This document shows, piece by piece, positions 26,839 to 33,805 of a stretch of 62,664 bases of DNA; position 1 is the stretch's first letter; each line of letters starts with the position of its first letter. Under the pieces are notes generated by a model that was not told where the DNA came from, did not search any database, and was given only the letters and a program-made list of their open reading frames with translations. This DNA is from a virus. Position numbers and translations under genes: made by a program. The stretch spans positions 1 to 62,664 of the IMG/VR virus record IMGVR_UViG_3300034134_000009; one strand, 5' to 3'.

Positions 26839-27710
26839 AGGCCCTTCGCGTCAAGCCACGCCCGCACCGCCGCACGCTGACGCGCCGACGTCACCGCCGT
26901 GTCCTTCCGCGCCCAGCTGCCGACCGCTGCGGCCAGCACCGCATCCGGATCCCCCACCGGTGCCGGGGCGGGCTCCGTCACCGGCACGAACACCGTCACG
27001 TCACCGTTCTGCGCGAGCAGATCCGCGAACTCCTCCGCCTGCATCGCGAACCGGCCACCCTTACCCCACGACGGCCCCCACGAATTCGTGAACCACACCA
27101 GGCCGCGCTCCGCGTCATACCCGTCACCCAGGTACTCGTGACCGCCCGCCGGGCGGCCCGTGGCGTGCACGATGCCGTCACCGTCGGGGTTGAACATGCC
27201 GTCGAACCACATCGTGCCCGTGATCCACGGCCGGTCCATGAGCGCCGCCAGGGCCGCCTCAAGGCCGAACGCGTGCTCATACCCCGAAATCGCGCCCGCA
27301 GCCTTCAACACCTTCGCCACAGACAGCCCATCCGAGCCCGTGTCGTCCGGCGGATACACCCCCCGGAACGGGTCGATCCTGGTGGCGTCCGAGTAGCAGC
27401 GCACCGCCGCCGCCTGATTCAACGGCCAGAACGGGGCATCCCGCTCGTTCATCGTCGCCCAGAACGGGCCCGTGCCCAGACACCCCACCGCCGCGTTGCC
27501 GGTACACGACCCCAGGTCACCCTGATCGAACACGCCCACATGCCGCTGATGCTGCACCGTCCGCAACACCGCCTTCCGCGGCACCCGGTACGGGTACGCC
27601 CGCGACATGCTGTCGTGGTTCAGGTGACGCCCCAACGGGAACGGGGTGCCCTCCCAGTCGAGGCGTTCCCGCGTGATCGTCCTGTCCGGCATGACGGCAA
27701 CTCCTGACAT
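26835..27710 (-). CDS. papain-like (C1-type) cysteine peptidase
   Basis: 'QGDLGSCTGNA' (Gln/Cys), 'GGHEY' (His), 'TNSWGPSWGKGG' (Asn-Ser-Trp). An alternative ATG at 27692 has an aggag RBS. Confidence 0.7.
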   Translation of the reverse strand: MSGVAVMPDRTITRERLDWEGTPFPLGRHLNHDSMSRAYPYRVPRKAVLRTVQHQRHVGVFDQGDLGSCTGNAAVGCLGTGPFWATMNERDAPFWPLNQAAAVRCYSDATRIDPFRGVYPPDDTGSDGLSVAKVLKAAGAISGYEHAFGLEAALAALMDRPWITGTMWFDGMFNPDGDGIVHATGRPAGGHEYLGDGYDAERGLVWFTNSWGPSWGKGGRFAMQAEEFADLLAQNGDVTVFVPVTEPAPAPVGDPDAVLAAAVGSWARKDTAVTSARQRAAVRAWLDAKGL

Positions 27711-27749
27711 GATGCGAGAGAGACACTTCCGAAACCTTGTGAGGTCATC

Positions 27750-28133
27750 ATGCCTGAAAACCCTGACGCAGAGACCATCGGAACAGTTGACGAACTAGTC
27801 GGACGCATGATCAGCGAGGGTCGGTCGCTGCTCAACGGGACGGCGGGCACCGACCCTAAATGGCGGTACCGGTGCACATTCCTGTACTCCAACACCGTCG
27901 CCCCGCCCGCCCAGGCCGGCGAGATCGCCATCCAAACCGTGCACACCGACTGGGACGGGGCCAGCGCTGAAGCTGCCGGGGGGCGGGACCGGGCCGACAT
28001 CGGACGCATCATGATCGAAGAACGGATGGGGGAAACCGTGATCCGGGGTGTGCAGGAACGCCGGGCCGAGTGGCGTGGTGTGGCGTCGTGGGTTCGGCAC
28101 GCGGACCGGCCGGCGGAATGGCGCAAGGGATGA
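27750..28133 (+). CDS. hypothetical protein
   Basis: 127-aa ORF divergent from the late operon. Confidence 0.55.
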   Translation: MPENPDAETIGTVDELVGRMISEGRSLLNGTAGTDPKWRYRCTFLYSNTVAPPAQAGEIAIQTVHTDWDGASAEAAGGRDRADIGRIMIEERMGETVIRGVQERRAEWRGVASWVRHADRPAEWRKG

Positions 28134-28243
28134 TCTGCCAGCCGTGTGGGCGCGGCAAACACCGCAAGTGCACCAACCCGAACACCTGCACCTGCCAACA
28201 CCGGCCACCGCCACAACCTGAACCAGGAGAACCCCAACCATGA
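28130..28243 (+). CDS. small Cys-rich protein (37 aa)
   Basis: Hand-translated MICQPCGRGKHRKCTNPNTCTCQHRPPPQPEPGEPQP. ATGA overlaps at both ends. Confidence 0.35.
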   Translation: MICQPCGRGKHRKCTNPNTCTCQHRPPPQPEPGEPQP

Positions 28244-28827
28244 GCGACTACGACAGTGCAGCCGACACCCTCCGCCACATCAACCGAGTCGCAACGCTCA
28301 TGACCCAGCCCATCACCGAACTCATCACCCGAGCCCCCCAGCACGACGCCAGCAAACTCAACCTGCCCGAGAAACACACATTCGACCGCATGACGCCCAG
28401 GCTCGCCACCACCACATACGGAACACCCGAATACGCGGCGAACCTCGCCGAGATGAAACCCGCCCTCGATCACCATTACGCCCACAACCGGCACCACCCC
28501 GAACACTTCGGCGCAGCCGGCGTCAACGGCATGACCCTCGTTGACCTGATCGAGATGCTCGCAGACTGGAAAGCCGCCACCGAACGGCACGCAGAGGGCA
28601 GCCTCAAACGCAGCCTCGCCATCCAGGCGTCACGGTTCAACCTGTCCGCCCAGACCACCGACATCCTGACCGCAACCGCCCGGCACTTCGGATGGCTCGA
28701 CTGCGCCGCCGAACACACCGCCCCCGACGGCACCAAAATGCGCTGCAACCGGCTCGACCAGCACCCCGACAACCACGTGGACGGGCATTACGAACCATAC
28801 GACTGGGCAGGCCAGGTGCAGCCATGA
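28240..28827 (+). CDS. HD-like metal-binding protein (DUF5662-like)
   Basis: 'QHDASKLNLPEK' and 'HHYAHNRHHPEHF'. Family name recalled from memory. Confidence 0.5.
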   Translation: MSDYDSAADTLRHINRVATLMTQPITELITRAPQHDASKLNLPEKHTFDRMTPRLATTTYGTPEYAANLAEMKPALDHHYAHNRHHPEHFGAAGVNGMTLVDLIEMLADWKAATERHAEGSLKRSLAIQASRFNLSAQTTDILTATARHFGWLDCAAEHTAPDGTKMRCNRLDQHPDNHVDGHYEPYDWAGQVQP

Positions 28828-29156
28828 CCGACCGGTACGGGTACGCCAACCAAGGCTTCGGGAGCCGCTCCCTGCGCCCCCGCCACCACGACGACAACCA
28901 ACGCCCCATCGACCCACTCACCGACTCCGCCATCGGACGGGGCATCGGCATGGGCAACCGGGTCCGCTTCCACCTGTGGGGCGAAGACGCCCCGTTCGAT
29001 GTGCACCTGCTCGACCTGGTTGATGTGGCGAACTGGCGTGACGTCACCGACCATGTCCGGCACGGCGCCGATCTCGAGGTGCGTCCGCCGAACTGTGCGC
29101 TGATCAAAGGGAACGCGTACCGGTGGGTTGAGCTGCTCCCGCCCGAAGACGGGTGA
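28824..29156 (+). CDS. hypothetical protein
   Basis: ATG at residue 45 of track ORF 28692..29156. ATGA overlap. Confidence 0.5.
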   Translation: MTDRYGYANQGFGSRSLRPRHHDDNQRPIDPLTDSAIGRGIGMGNRVRFHLWGEDAPFDVHLLDLVDVANWRDVTDHVRHGADLEVRPPNCALIKGNAYRWVELLPPEDG

Positions 29157-29188
29157 AGGGCCCGGGGGTAGGAAACCCCAGGCCCTTC
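29155..29188 (+). terminator. terminator-like hairpin
   Basis: gaagggcc...ggcccttc 8-bp stem with an inner gggg/cccc, overlapping the stop codon. Confidence 0.45.
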
Positions 29189-29414
29189 GTCACCCTAGCC
29201 AGATCGAGCAGATCAACCACAGGAAGGCAGTTCAGCGGGTTGCACCCCCGCTACCGTCCGGAGCGTTGCAGCGCTTCATGGTCGGCCTGCCCAGTGTACC
29301 GGATGTTGCACGTGGAGAACGGTGCGCGATGCGACTGGCAGGGCACCAGGGACCGATCAGCCCGTCCCCGTCACACCGCGACCTACCCGGCTGCCCGACC
29401 GAACCCCACGAACG

Positions 29415-29554
29415 TGCCTGCGGCGGGATTTGAACCCGCAGGCGGCCAGACGCAGGACGGACAACCCCACACCCACCCGCTCTTGCACGATCCCCCGGAG
29501 CGTCCCACTCCAGAGCAACCGGCTCACCCGATAGGCCACTACGGGGACACAGGC
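29415..29554 (-). ncRNA. tRNA-like element C (canonical T-arm, acceptor and D-loop-like box; 140 nt, not a standard cloverleaf)
   Basis: Minus strand ends ...gcgggTTCAAATcccgc-cgcaggc-a. 5' gcctgtg (29554..29548) pairs with cgcaggc. 'tagtggcctat' D-loop-like box flanked by cccg/cggg. Roughly 65 extra nt in the middle. Confidence 0.35.
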
Positions 29555-29587
29555 ACAAGCGGCAGCATAACCGCCGGGTGCGACAAC

Positions 29588-29782
29588 CTACGCGCCATGC
29601 CCCAGAGCTTCGCGGTGCTCCCCGCGTGTGTCCCAACCCTCCGCGCGGAAAAACCCCTGATTACAGCGCATCGGCGCACACACCGACATCAGAATGTCCT
29701 GATGCCGCACGAGCCTGTCGATCCGGGCCTGATACCGGCGCCACCGCAGGTACCTGCGCTCACGCCTCCGCCGGCTCACCAT
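29588..29782 (-). CDS. small Arg-rich hypothetical protein
   Basis: 64-aa ORF whose start overlaps the upstream stop by 1 nt. Confidence 0.35.
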   Translation of the reverse strand: MVSRRRRERRYLRWRRYQARIDRLVRHQDILMSVCAPMRCNQGFFRAEGWDTRGEHREALGHGA

Positions 29783-30156
29783 CAGAGGCCCCCCTTCATC
29801 TGCCGCGTCAACGCCTCAATGTCCCGGGCCTGCTGCTCAATCGTGGCCTGCTGTTCCCGAGACACCCGACGCAACTCACCCGGCGTCGCCGGAGTCATCC
29901 CCGCCACCACCTGCGCCGCCAACACCACCGGCCACGCCAAACCGATCAGCGCCGCCAACAGGACATCCCCCAGGTGCCGCTCCCGCAACTCGCCCACCGG
30001 CACCGGTTTGTGCTTCCGGCTGTGGTACTCGCGGCAGATGTCGAGGAACTCGCTCCCCTCCGGGCACTTCAGCCGGCCCATCAGCGACCGCATCGCAATC
30101 CGCGACGCCAACACCCAGCCCGCCACAAACACCGCCGTGAACGCCCAGCCCATCAC
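29782..30156 (-). CDS. membrane protein with C-terminal coiled coil
   Basis: 124 aa. 'WAFTAVFVAGWVLA' and 'VLLAALIGLAWPVVLAAQVVAG'. Confidence 0.55.
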   Translation of the reverse strand: MMGWAFTAVFVAGWVLASRIAMRSLMGRLKCPEGSEFLDICREYHSRKHKPVPVGELRERHLGDVLLAALIGLAWPVVLAAQVVAGMTPATPGELRRVSREQQATIEQQARDIEALTRQMKGGL

Positions 30157-30494
30157 AACGACTCCTCCCCCGCCAGCGCACCATCCACCCCGTCATCCCA
30201 GAAGCGGTTGAACACCCCGTACACCAGGCACTCATAGATCACATTCGTGGCGGCGTAATCCGGGGACGTCAACTCACTGAACCCGCCCGCCCAATACGCA
30301 GCCTTCGCCGCATCGGCGATCGGCAGGCGCACCACACCCGCAGCCTCAAGCCACACCGCCCCGAGACAGGCCCGCAGCTGCGCGACCACGTCCTCACTGG
30401 CGCACACGGTCACAGCGCTGACGTGGTCGTGCTCGTCGAAGTGAATGGCATGACGCCTCATCAAGGCAGCGGTCACGGTGCCACCTCCCAGCAC
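30153..30494 (-). CDS. hypothetical protein
   Basis: 113-aa ORF. 4-nt overlap with the downstream gene. Confidence 0.5.
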   Translation of the reverse strand: MLGGGTVTAALMRRHAIHFDEHDHVSAVTVCASEDVVAQLRACLGAVWLEAAGVVRLPIADAAKAAYWAGGFSELTSPDYAATNVIYECLVYGVFNRFWDDGVDGALAGEESL

Positions 30495-30730
30495 AGGGAC
30501 AGATCCTCACCATCCACCATGCCCTCCCACACATCGCCAGAGGTCAGAGCCTGCAGCTCGGCCACCGCCTCAACACACTGGGCCAAGCAATGACCACACG
30601 TGTCATCGCGATACGCCTCGATCAGGTAGCTGACCAGCGCATCCCTCGCCGCAGCCCACGTGCCACGAGTAATGGGGCCGTCATCAGGACTGCGCTCCCT
30701 GTAAGCGCACCACTGCGCCTGCTCAGCCAT
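30473..30730 (-). CDS. hypothetical protein
   Basis: 85-aa ORF in the same operon. Confidence 0.5.
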   Translation of the reverse strand: MAEQAQWCAYRERSPDDGPITRGTWAAARDALVSYLIEAYRDDTCGHCLAQCVEAVAELQALTSGDVWEGMVDGEDLSLCWEVAP

Positions 30731-30959
30731 CGAGAAGAGTCACCGCCCTCGCCAGGATCCGACGGATGTCATCCGACGAATGCACCGCACCGCCGGCATT
30801 CACCCGCAGAACAGCACCGCCCTCAGCCTCAGTGTCCGCAACCACGAACACCCAGGGTTCACCGCCTGCGAGCAGGTCCAACATGTCCTGCTTCAGGTCG
30901 GTGCCAGGGTCGATGATCTCTTCACTGCGCTCGATACTGCCTGTCTCATCTGTGGCCAC
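30723..30959 (-). CDS. hypothetical acidic protein
   Basis: 78-aa ORF (GTG start). Confidence 0.5.
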   Translation of the reverse strand: MATDETGSIERSEEIIDPGTDLKQDMLDLLAGGEPWVFVVADTEAEGGAVLRVNAGGAVHSSDDIRRILARAVTLLDG

Positions 30960-31107
30960 GGGATGATCCTTCCGTCAGGGCCGGCCTTTCGTCTGCATGG
31001 TTCCGCTCTCCACGCTCACTGCGGTCAGCGACCATCCGCCGGCCCGACGTGTCCCTGTACTTGGTGTACGTCACCGCGCGACGCTTCGGCTTCCTCTTGC
31101 TAGGCAT
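30946..31107 (-). CDS. small basic protein (53 aa)
   Basis: Hand-translated MPSKRKPKRRAVTYTKYRDTSGRRMVADRSERGERNHADERPALTEGSSRGHR. Starts 5 nt after the upstream stop. Confidence 0.3.
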   Translation of the reverse strand: MPSKRKPKRRAVTYTKYRDTSGRRMVADRSERGERNHADERPALTEGSSRGHR

Positions 31108-31111
31108 GCGC

Positions 31112-31387
31112 TCAGCCCTTCAGTAGGGAACGGGGATCGACAGGTGCATCAGGGTTGAACCGGTACAACCGGCGCACAGCCCTACCCTGCACCGCCTCAC
31201 GGTCCTCCCAGCGCCACAACAACAGGCCCTCATTAGCCCACCGCTGCAGCATCAGCGAGATGGTCGGACGCTGCACACCTGTGCGCTTACTCAGGTCATA
31301 CGCGTACCACTCACGTGTGAGCGAGGGATCCTCGCTGGTCATGGTGGTCAGTACCAGAGTGCTGGTGCGCGTCTTGCGTATCGGCAT
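31112..31387 (-). CDS. winged-helix transcriptional regulator (candidate repressor)
   Basis: 91 aa. 'YAYDLSKRTGVQRPTISLMLQRWANEGLLLWRWE' resembles a PadR/MarR-type wHTH. First gene after the AT-rich region. Confidence 0.55.
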   Translation of the reverse strand: MPIRKTRTSTLVLTTMTSEDPSLTREWYAYDLSKRTGVQRPTISLMLQRWANEGLLLWRWEDREAVQGRAVRRLYRFNPDAPVDPRSLLKG

Positions 31388-31742
31388 GGCCTAACCGTAC
31401 CTAGGTAATGGGACATGTGCAACGACTGAGACATTGCATAAGTATGCATGGGCCGCATGAAGCCGAGTAACCGAACGTGACCAGTGACCAGGGGGCAAGA
31501 GGGCCCGAGTGGCAGTCACTAAGCGTCACGCGTTACGGAACGTAGTAATGCCTGGTCAGAGGCCTGTTTTTTAGTGGATCAAGCAAAGAAAGCACGCCGC
31601 GCCGCCCGGATTTTTCTCTGTCAAGAAAAAACTGGGGGTAACTTTCTGTGACTGCCCTCTGGGAGGCTGCATAATGCCTGGTCAGCGGCTTGCGCGGTAT
31701 GCATAAAACATTTGGCACATTCGGGCCGAGGATCTCAGAGTG
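31388..31742. promoter_or_regulatory. 355-bp AT-rich non-coding region with direct and palindromic repeats
   Basis: taatgcctggtcag at 31546..31559 and 31672..31685. tatgcat at 31443 and 31698. TTGACA on the minus strand (31624..31619). T/A runs. Visibly lower G+C than its surroundings. Confidence 0.6.
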
Positions 31743-32018
31743 TTACTCGGCGTGCCGATCTTCGCTCACGGTCACCGATTGCGATGTGTGACGGTGGCGG
31801 CGGTGCGGGTGTCGCGGATTGTCACCGGTGAGGGCGGATTTCACGCCGCGTGATGCCCAGCCGGCGGTCAGGTGGATCACGAGGGCGACGGATCCGAGGG
31901 TGATGACGAACGTGGCTTCGGGTGCGGTGATGACGCCGGGTGTCGCACCGTAGTACGTCCACCCGGCGGCGCCGCCGGTGACGGCGACGCCGAACGCACG
32001 GATCGCCAGGGTGTTCAT
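31743..32018 (-). CDS. small membrane protein
   Basis: ATG at residue 108 of track ORF 31743..32339 (TGATG overlap). 'AIRAFGVAVTGGAAGW' and 'FVITLGSVALVIHLTAGW'. Confidence 0.5.
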   Translation of the reverse strand: MNTLAIRAFGVAVTGGAAGWTYYGATPGVITAPEATFVITLGSVALVIHLTAGWASRGVKSALTGDNPRHPHRRHRHTSQSVTVSEDRHAE

Positions 32019-32233
32019 CAGCGAGGCCGGTGGTTGTCGCAGAACCAGCCGGTTGGATACATGCGGGCGGTGTCGGCCTTGCACATGACGCAGGTGCCGG
32101 CGTGCGCGGTGGCCCATTCGTCTTCGGGGATGGCGGTGACGATTTCGGTGCGGGAGAGTGCGCCGATTTGGTCTTGGAGGTTGGTGTGTTGTTCGAGGAT
32201 GGCGGCGACGGCTTGTTGCCGGGTGCTGGTCAT
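32018..32233 (-). CDS. hypothetical protein (Cys motif 'CVMCK...FCDNH')
   Basis: 71-aa ORF, ATGA-coupled. Confidence 0.5.
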   Translation of the reverse strand: MTSTRQQAVAAILEQHTNLQDQIGALSRTEIVTAIPEDEWATAHAGTCVMCKADTARMYPTGWFCDNHRPR

Positions 32234-32616
32234 GGCATGTCCTCGTGCTCGAGGTTGCGGGCGGGCACGGCATGACCGGCTTGCAGCAGGTCGGCAGCCA
32301 GGTCATGTGTGGTGCCGGTCGAGTCGACCCATCGGACATCGCCGAGGACCCGGCCGTACTTGTCGAGGCTGTGGGATACGACAGTAATGGGCCGCCACTC
32401 GACGGAGTGGGTCAGAGTGTCCGCGAGGGCGGTGAGTTGCCGGACTGCCCAGTCGCGGGCCGCGCGCCCGACGTCGGTACTGAGCTCGGGGGCGTTGACC
32501 CGGGCTAGGCGGACTTTCGCACGGTAGGTGATGCGCCAGCCCAAGTCGAGGTCTACCTCGATGGTGTCGCCGTCGAGGATGCGGATGATGCGGGCGGGAA
32601 CAGTCCAGGTGGTCAT
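32230..32616 (-). CDS. thermonuclease (SNase-like)
   Basis: 'ILDGDTIEV' and 'VRLARVNAPE' are SNase-type motifs. ATG at residue 60 of track ORF 32230..32793. Confidence 0.65.
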   Translation of the reverse strand: MTTWTVPARIIRILDGDTIEVDLDLGWRITYRAKVRLARVNAPELSTDVGRAARDWAVRQLTALADTLTHSVEWRPITVVSHSLDKYGRVLGDVRWVDSTGTTHDLAADLLQAGHAVPARNLEHEDMP

Positions 32617-32966
32617 GGTTTCCACTCTTCGCGGTAGCCGGGGCGGTGGGCGTAGGGCAGGGCGAGCAGGCAGATGACGTCTGTCTTCGCTTCGTAGTAG
32701 CCGCTGGGGTATCCGCCGTCTGCACCGTCGCAGGTGAGTGCGATGATGCGCCGTTTGGCGTCGATCTCGGCCAGCACGCGGGCCGGGTCCCACTCAGCAA
32801 CATGCCGCGCTTGGAGATGTGCGCCCAGCGCACCGGTTCCGAGAACCTCAGTCACGATCGCCCGGTGGCGGTCAGGTCTTGCCGCACGTGCGACCTTTTC
32901 GTCCTGGTCGAGTTGTTCGGTAAGCCAGGGGATCAGTTCGCTCAGAATGTCTGACACCCCTGCCAC
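32613..32966 (-). CDS. hypothetical protein (DUF6221-like)
   Basis: 'HVAEWDPARVLAEIDAKRRII' resembles that actinobacterial family as I remember it. Confidence 0.5.
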   Translation of the reverse strand: MAGVSDILSELIPWLTEQLDQDEKVARAARPDRHRAIVTEVLGTGALGAHLQARHVAEWDPARVLAEIDAKRRIIALTCDGADGGYPSGYYEAKTDVICLLALPYAHRPGYREEWKP

Positions 32967-32975
32967 TTTACGGCA

Positions 32976-33380
32976 CTACTCGGGCAGACGGTCCCGCAAC
33001 GCATTCAACTCCGGCGGCCCACCGTTCACTATCTGCCGGAACCGGGCATCCGACACGTCCGGGTCATGTGCCACCCGGACGATGCCCTCAATCCACCGCA
33101 GCAGCGACGCGGTCTGCGCGGTCACCTCCCGCAGGTTCATCTCCGCGGAGTGCGCTTCGCTCACCGCTTCCTTGGCCTCTTTGCGGGCTGCCGCCGCTTC
33201 GGTCTTCGCTTCTTTCGCGTCGGCCTGAGCTTGCGTCACCCACTCCCGGGCCTCACTGGAAAGAGCGACGTCCTGTTGGCCGGCGTTGGCGCGGCGGGTG
33301 ACCCGGGCGGTGACGATCACCGAAACCACCGACGAGAACGCCAGCACAGCAGCGATCAGCCACGACGTGGTGCCGTTCAT
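32976..33380 (-). CDS. N-terminally anchored coiled-coil protein (lysis-cassette position)
   Basis: ATG at residue 84 of track ORF 32976..33629. 'WLIAAVLAFSSVVSVIV' TM followed by 'QAQADAKEAKTEAAAARKEAKEAV'. Confidence 0.5.
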   Translation of the reverse strand: MNGTTSWLIAAVLAFSSVVSVIVTARVTRRANAGQQDVALSSEAREWVTQAQADAKEAKTEAAAARKEAKEAVSEAHSAEMNLREVTAQTASLLRWIEGIVRVAHDPDVSDARFRQIVNGGPPELNALRDRLPE

Positions 33381-33805
33381 GGCTGCCCTCCCGGTTCCCG
33401 CAGTTTCCCCCGCCTGGTGGGCTCCGACAGACCCGCCACCACGAAGATCAGCAGAGCGTAACCCGCCCAGATCAGCGCGGGCCGGTATCCCTGAGCGATG
33501 GCCCCGGACAGCCAGCCGGATAGCTCGAGCACCGACCAGGTGACCTTCAGACCGACGGCCGGCGCGAAACCGGGGGTGTCGTTGCGGAAGAACGCGGCGG
33601 TGAGACAGCACAACCCCACGACGATCCACAGCGCTCCCCAGAATTCGGTGGGGGCCAGGGAGTCACGCCACTGCGCTGACTGGGACGCCGCTGTCTCGGC
33701 GGTGGGGAAGATGTAGGACAGGCCGACGCCGATGTCTACGGCGGCGAGGATGAGCAGGACAGCGCCGCGCCTCCCGACGCGGCGCCGTGCCTGCTCGCCC
33801 GTCAC
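33377..33805 (-). CDS. 4-TM membrane protein (holin candidate)
   Basis: 142 aa immediately downstream of the endolysin. Four hydrophobic segments. Confidence 0.55.
   Translation of the reverse strand: MTGEQARRRVGRRGAVLLILAAVDIGVGLSYIFPTAETAASQSAQWRDSLAPTEFWGALWIVVGLCCLTAAFFRNDTPGFAPAVGLKVTWSVLELSGWLSGAIAQGYRPALIWAGYALLIFVVAGLSEPTRRGKLREPGGQP

Noticed and set aside
29399-29460. attP core (3' half of a host tRNA) for site-specific integration. The same idea applies to 51631..51680 and 51805..51846.
   Set aside because: No integrase or excision recombinase is visible anywhere in the replicon. Three separate T-arm/acceptor elements are more than an attP needs. Not excluded; this needs a BLAST against host tRNA genes.
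29415-29554. tmRNA or a selenocysteine or long-arm (Ser/Leu) tRNA as the identity of the 140-nt element.
   Set aside because: I saw no GGGG...TTCGAC-type tmRNA 5' end and no tag reading frame. At 140 nt it is far longer than Sec or type II tRNAs, and no 7-nt loop with U33 could be placed. I left it as an unclassified tRNA-like RNA.
29153-30211. 352-aa plus-strand ORF across the non-coding gap and the minus-strand small-gene operon.
   Set aside because: Pro/Arg/His-rich with no motifs. It runs antisense to coupled minus-strand genes and through the tRNA-like element.
31533-31718. 61-aa minus-strand ORF inside the AT-rich island.
   Set aside because: Its duplicated 'PLTRHY' simply mirrors the 14-bp DNA repeat. 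It has no RBS, an atypical composition, and lies in a regulatory-looking region.
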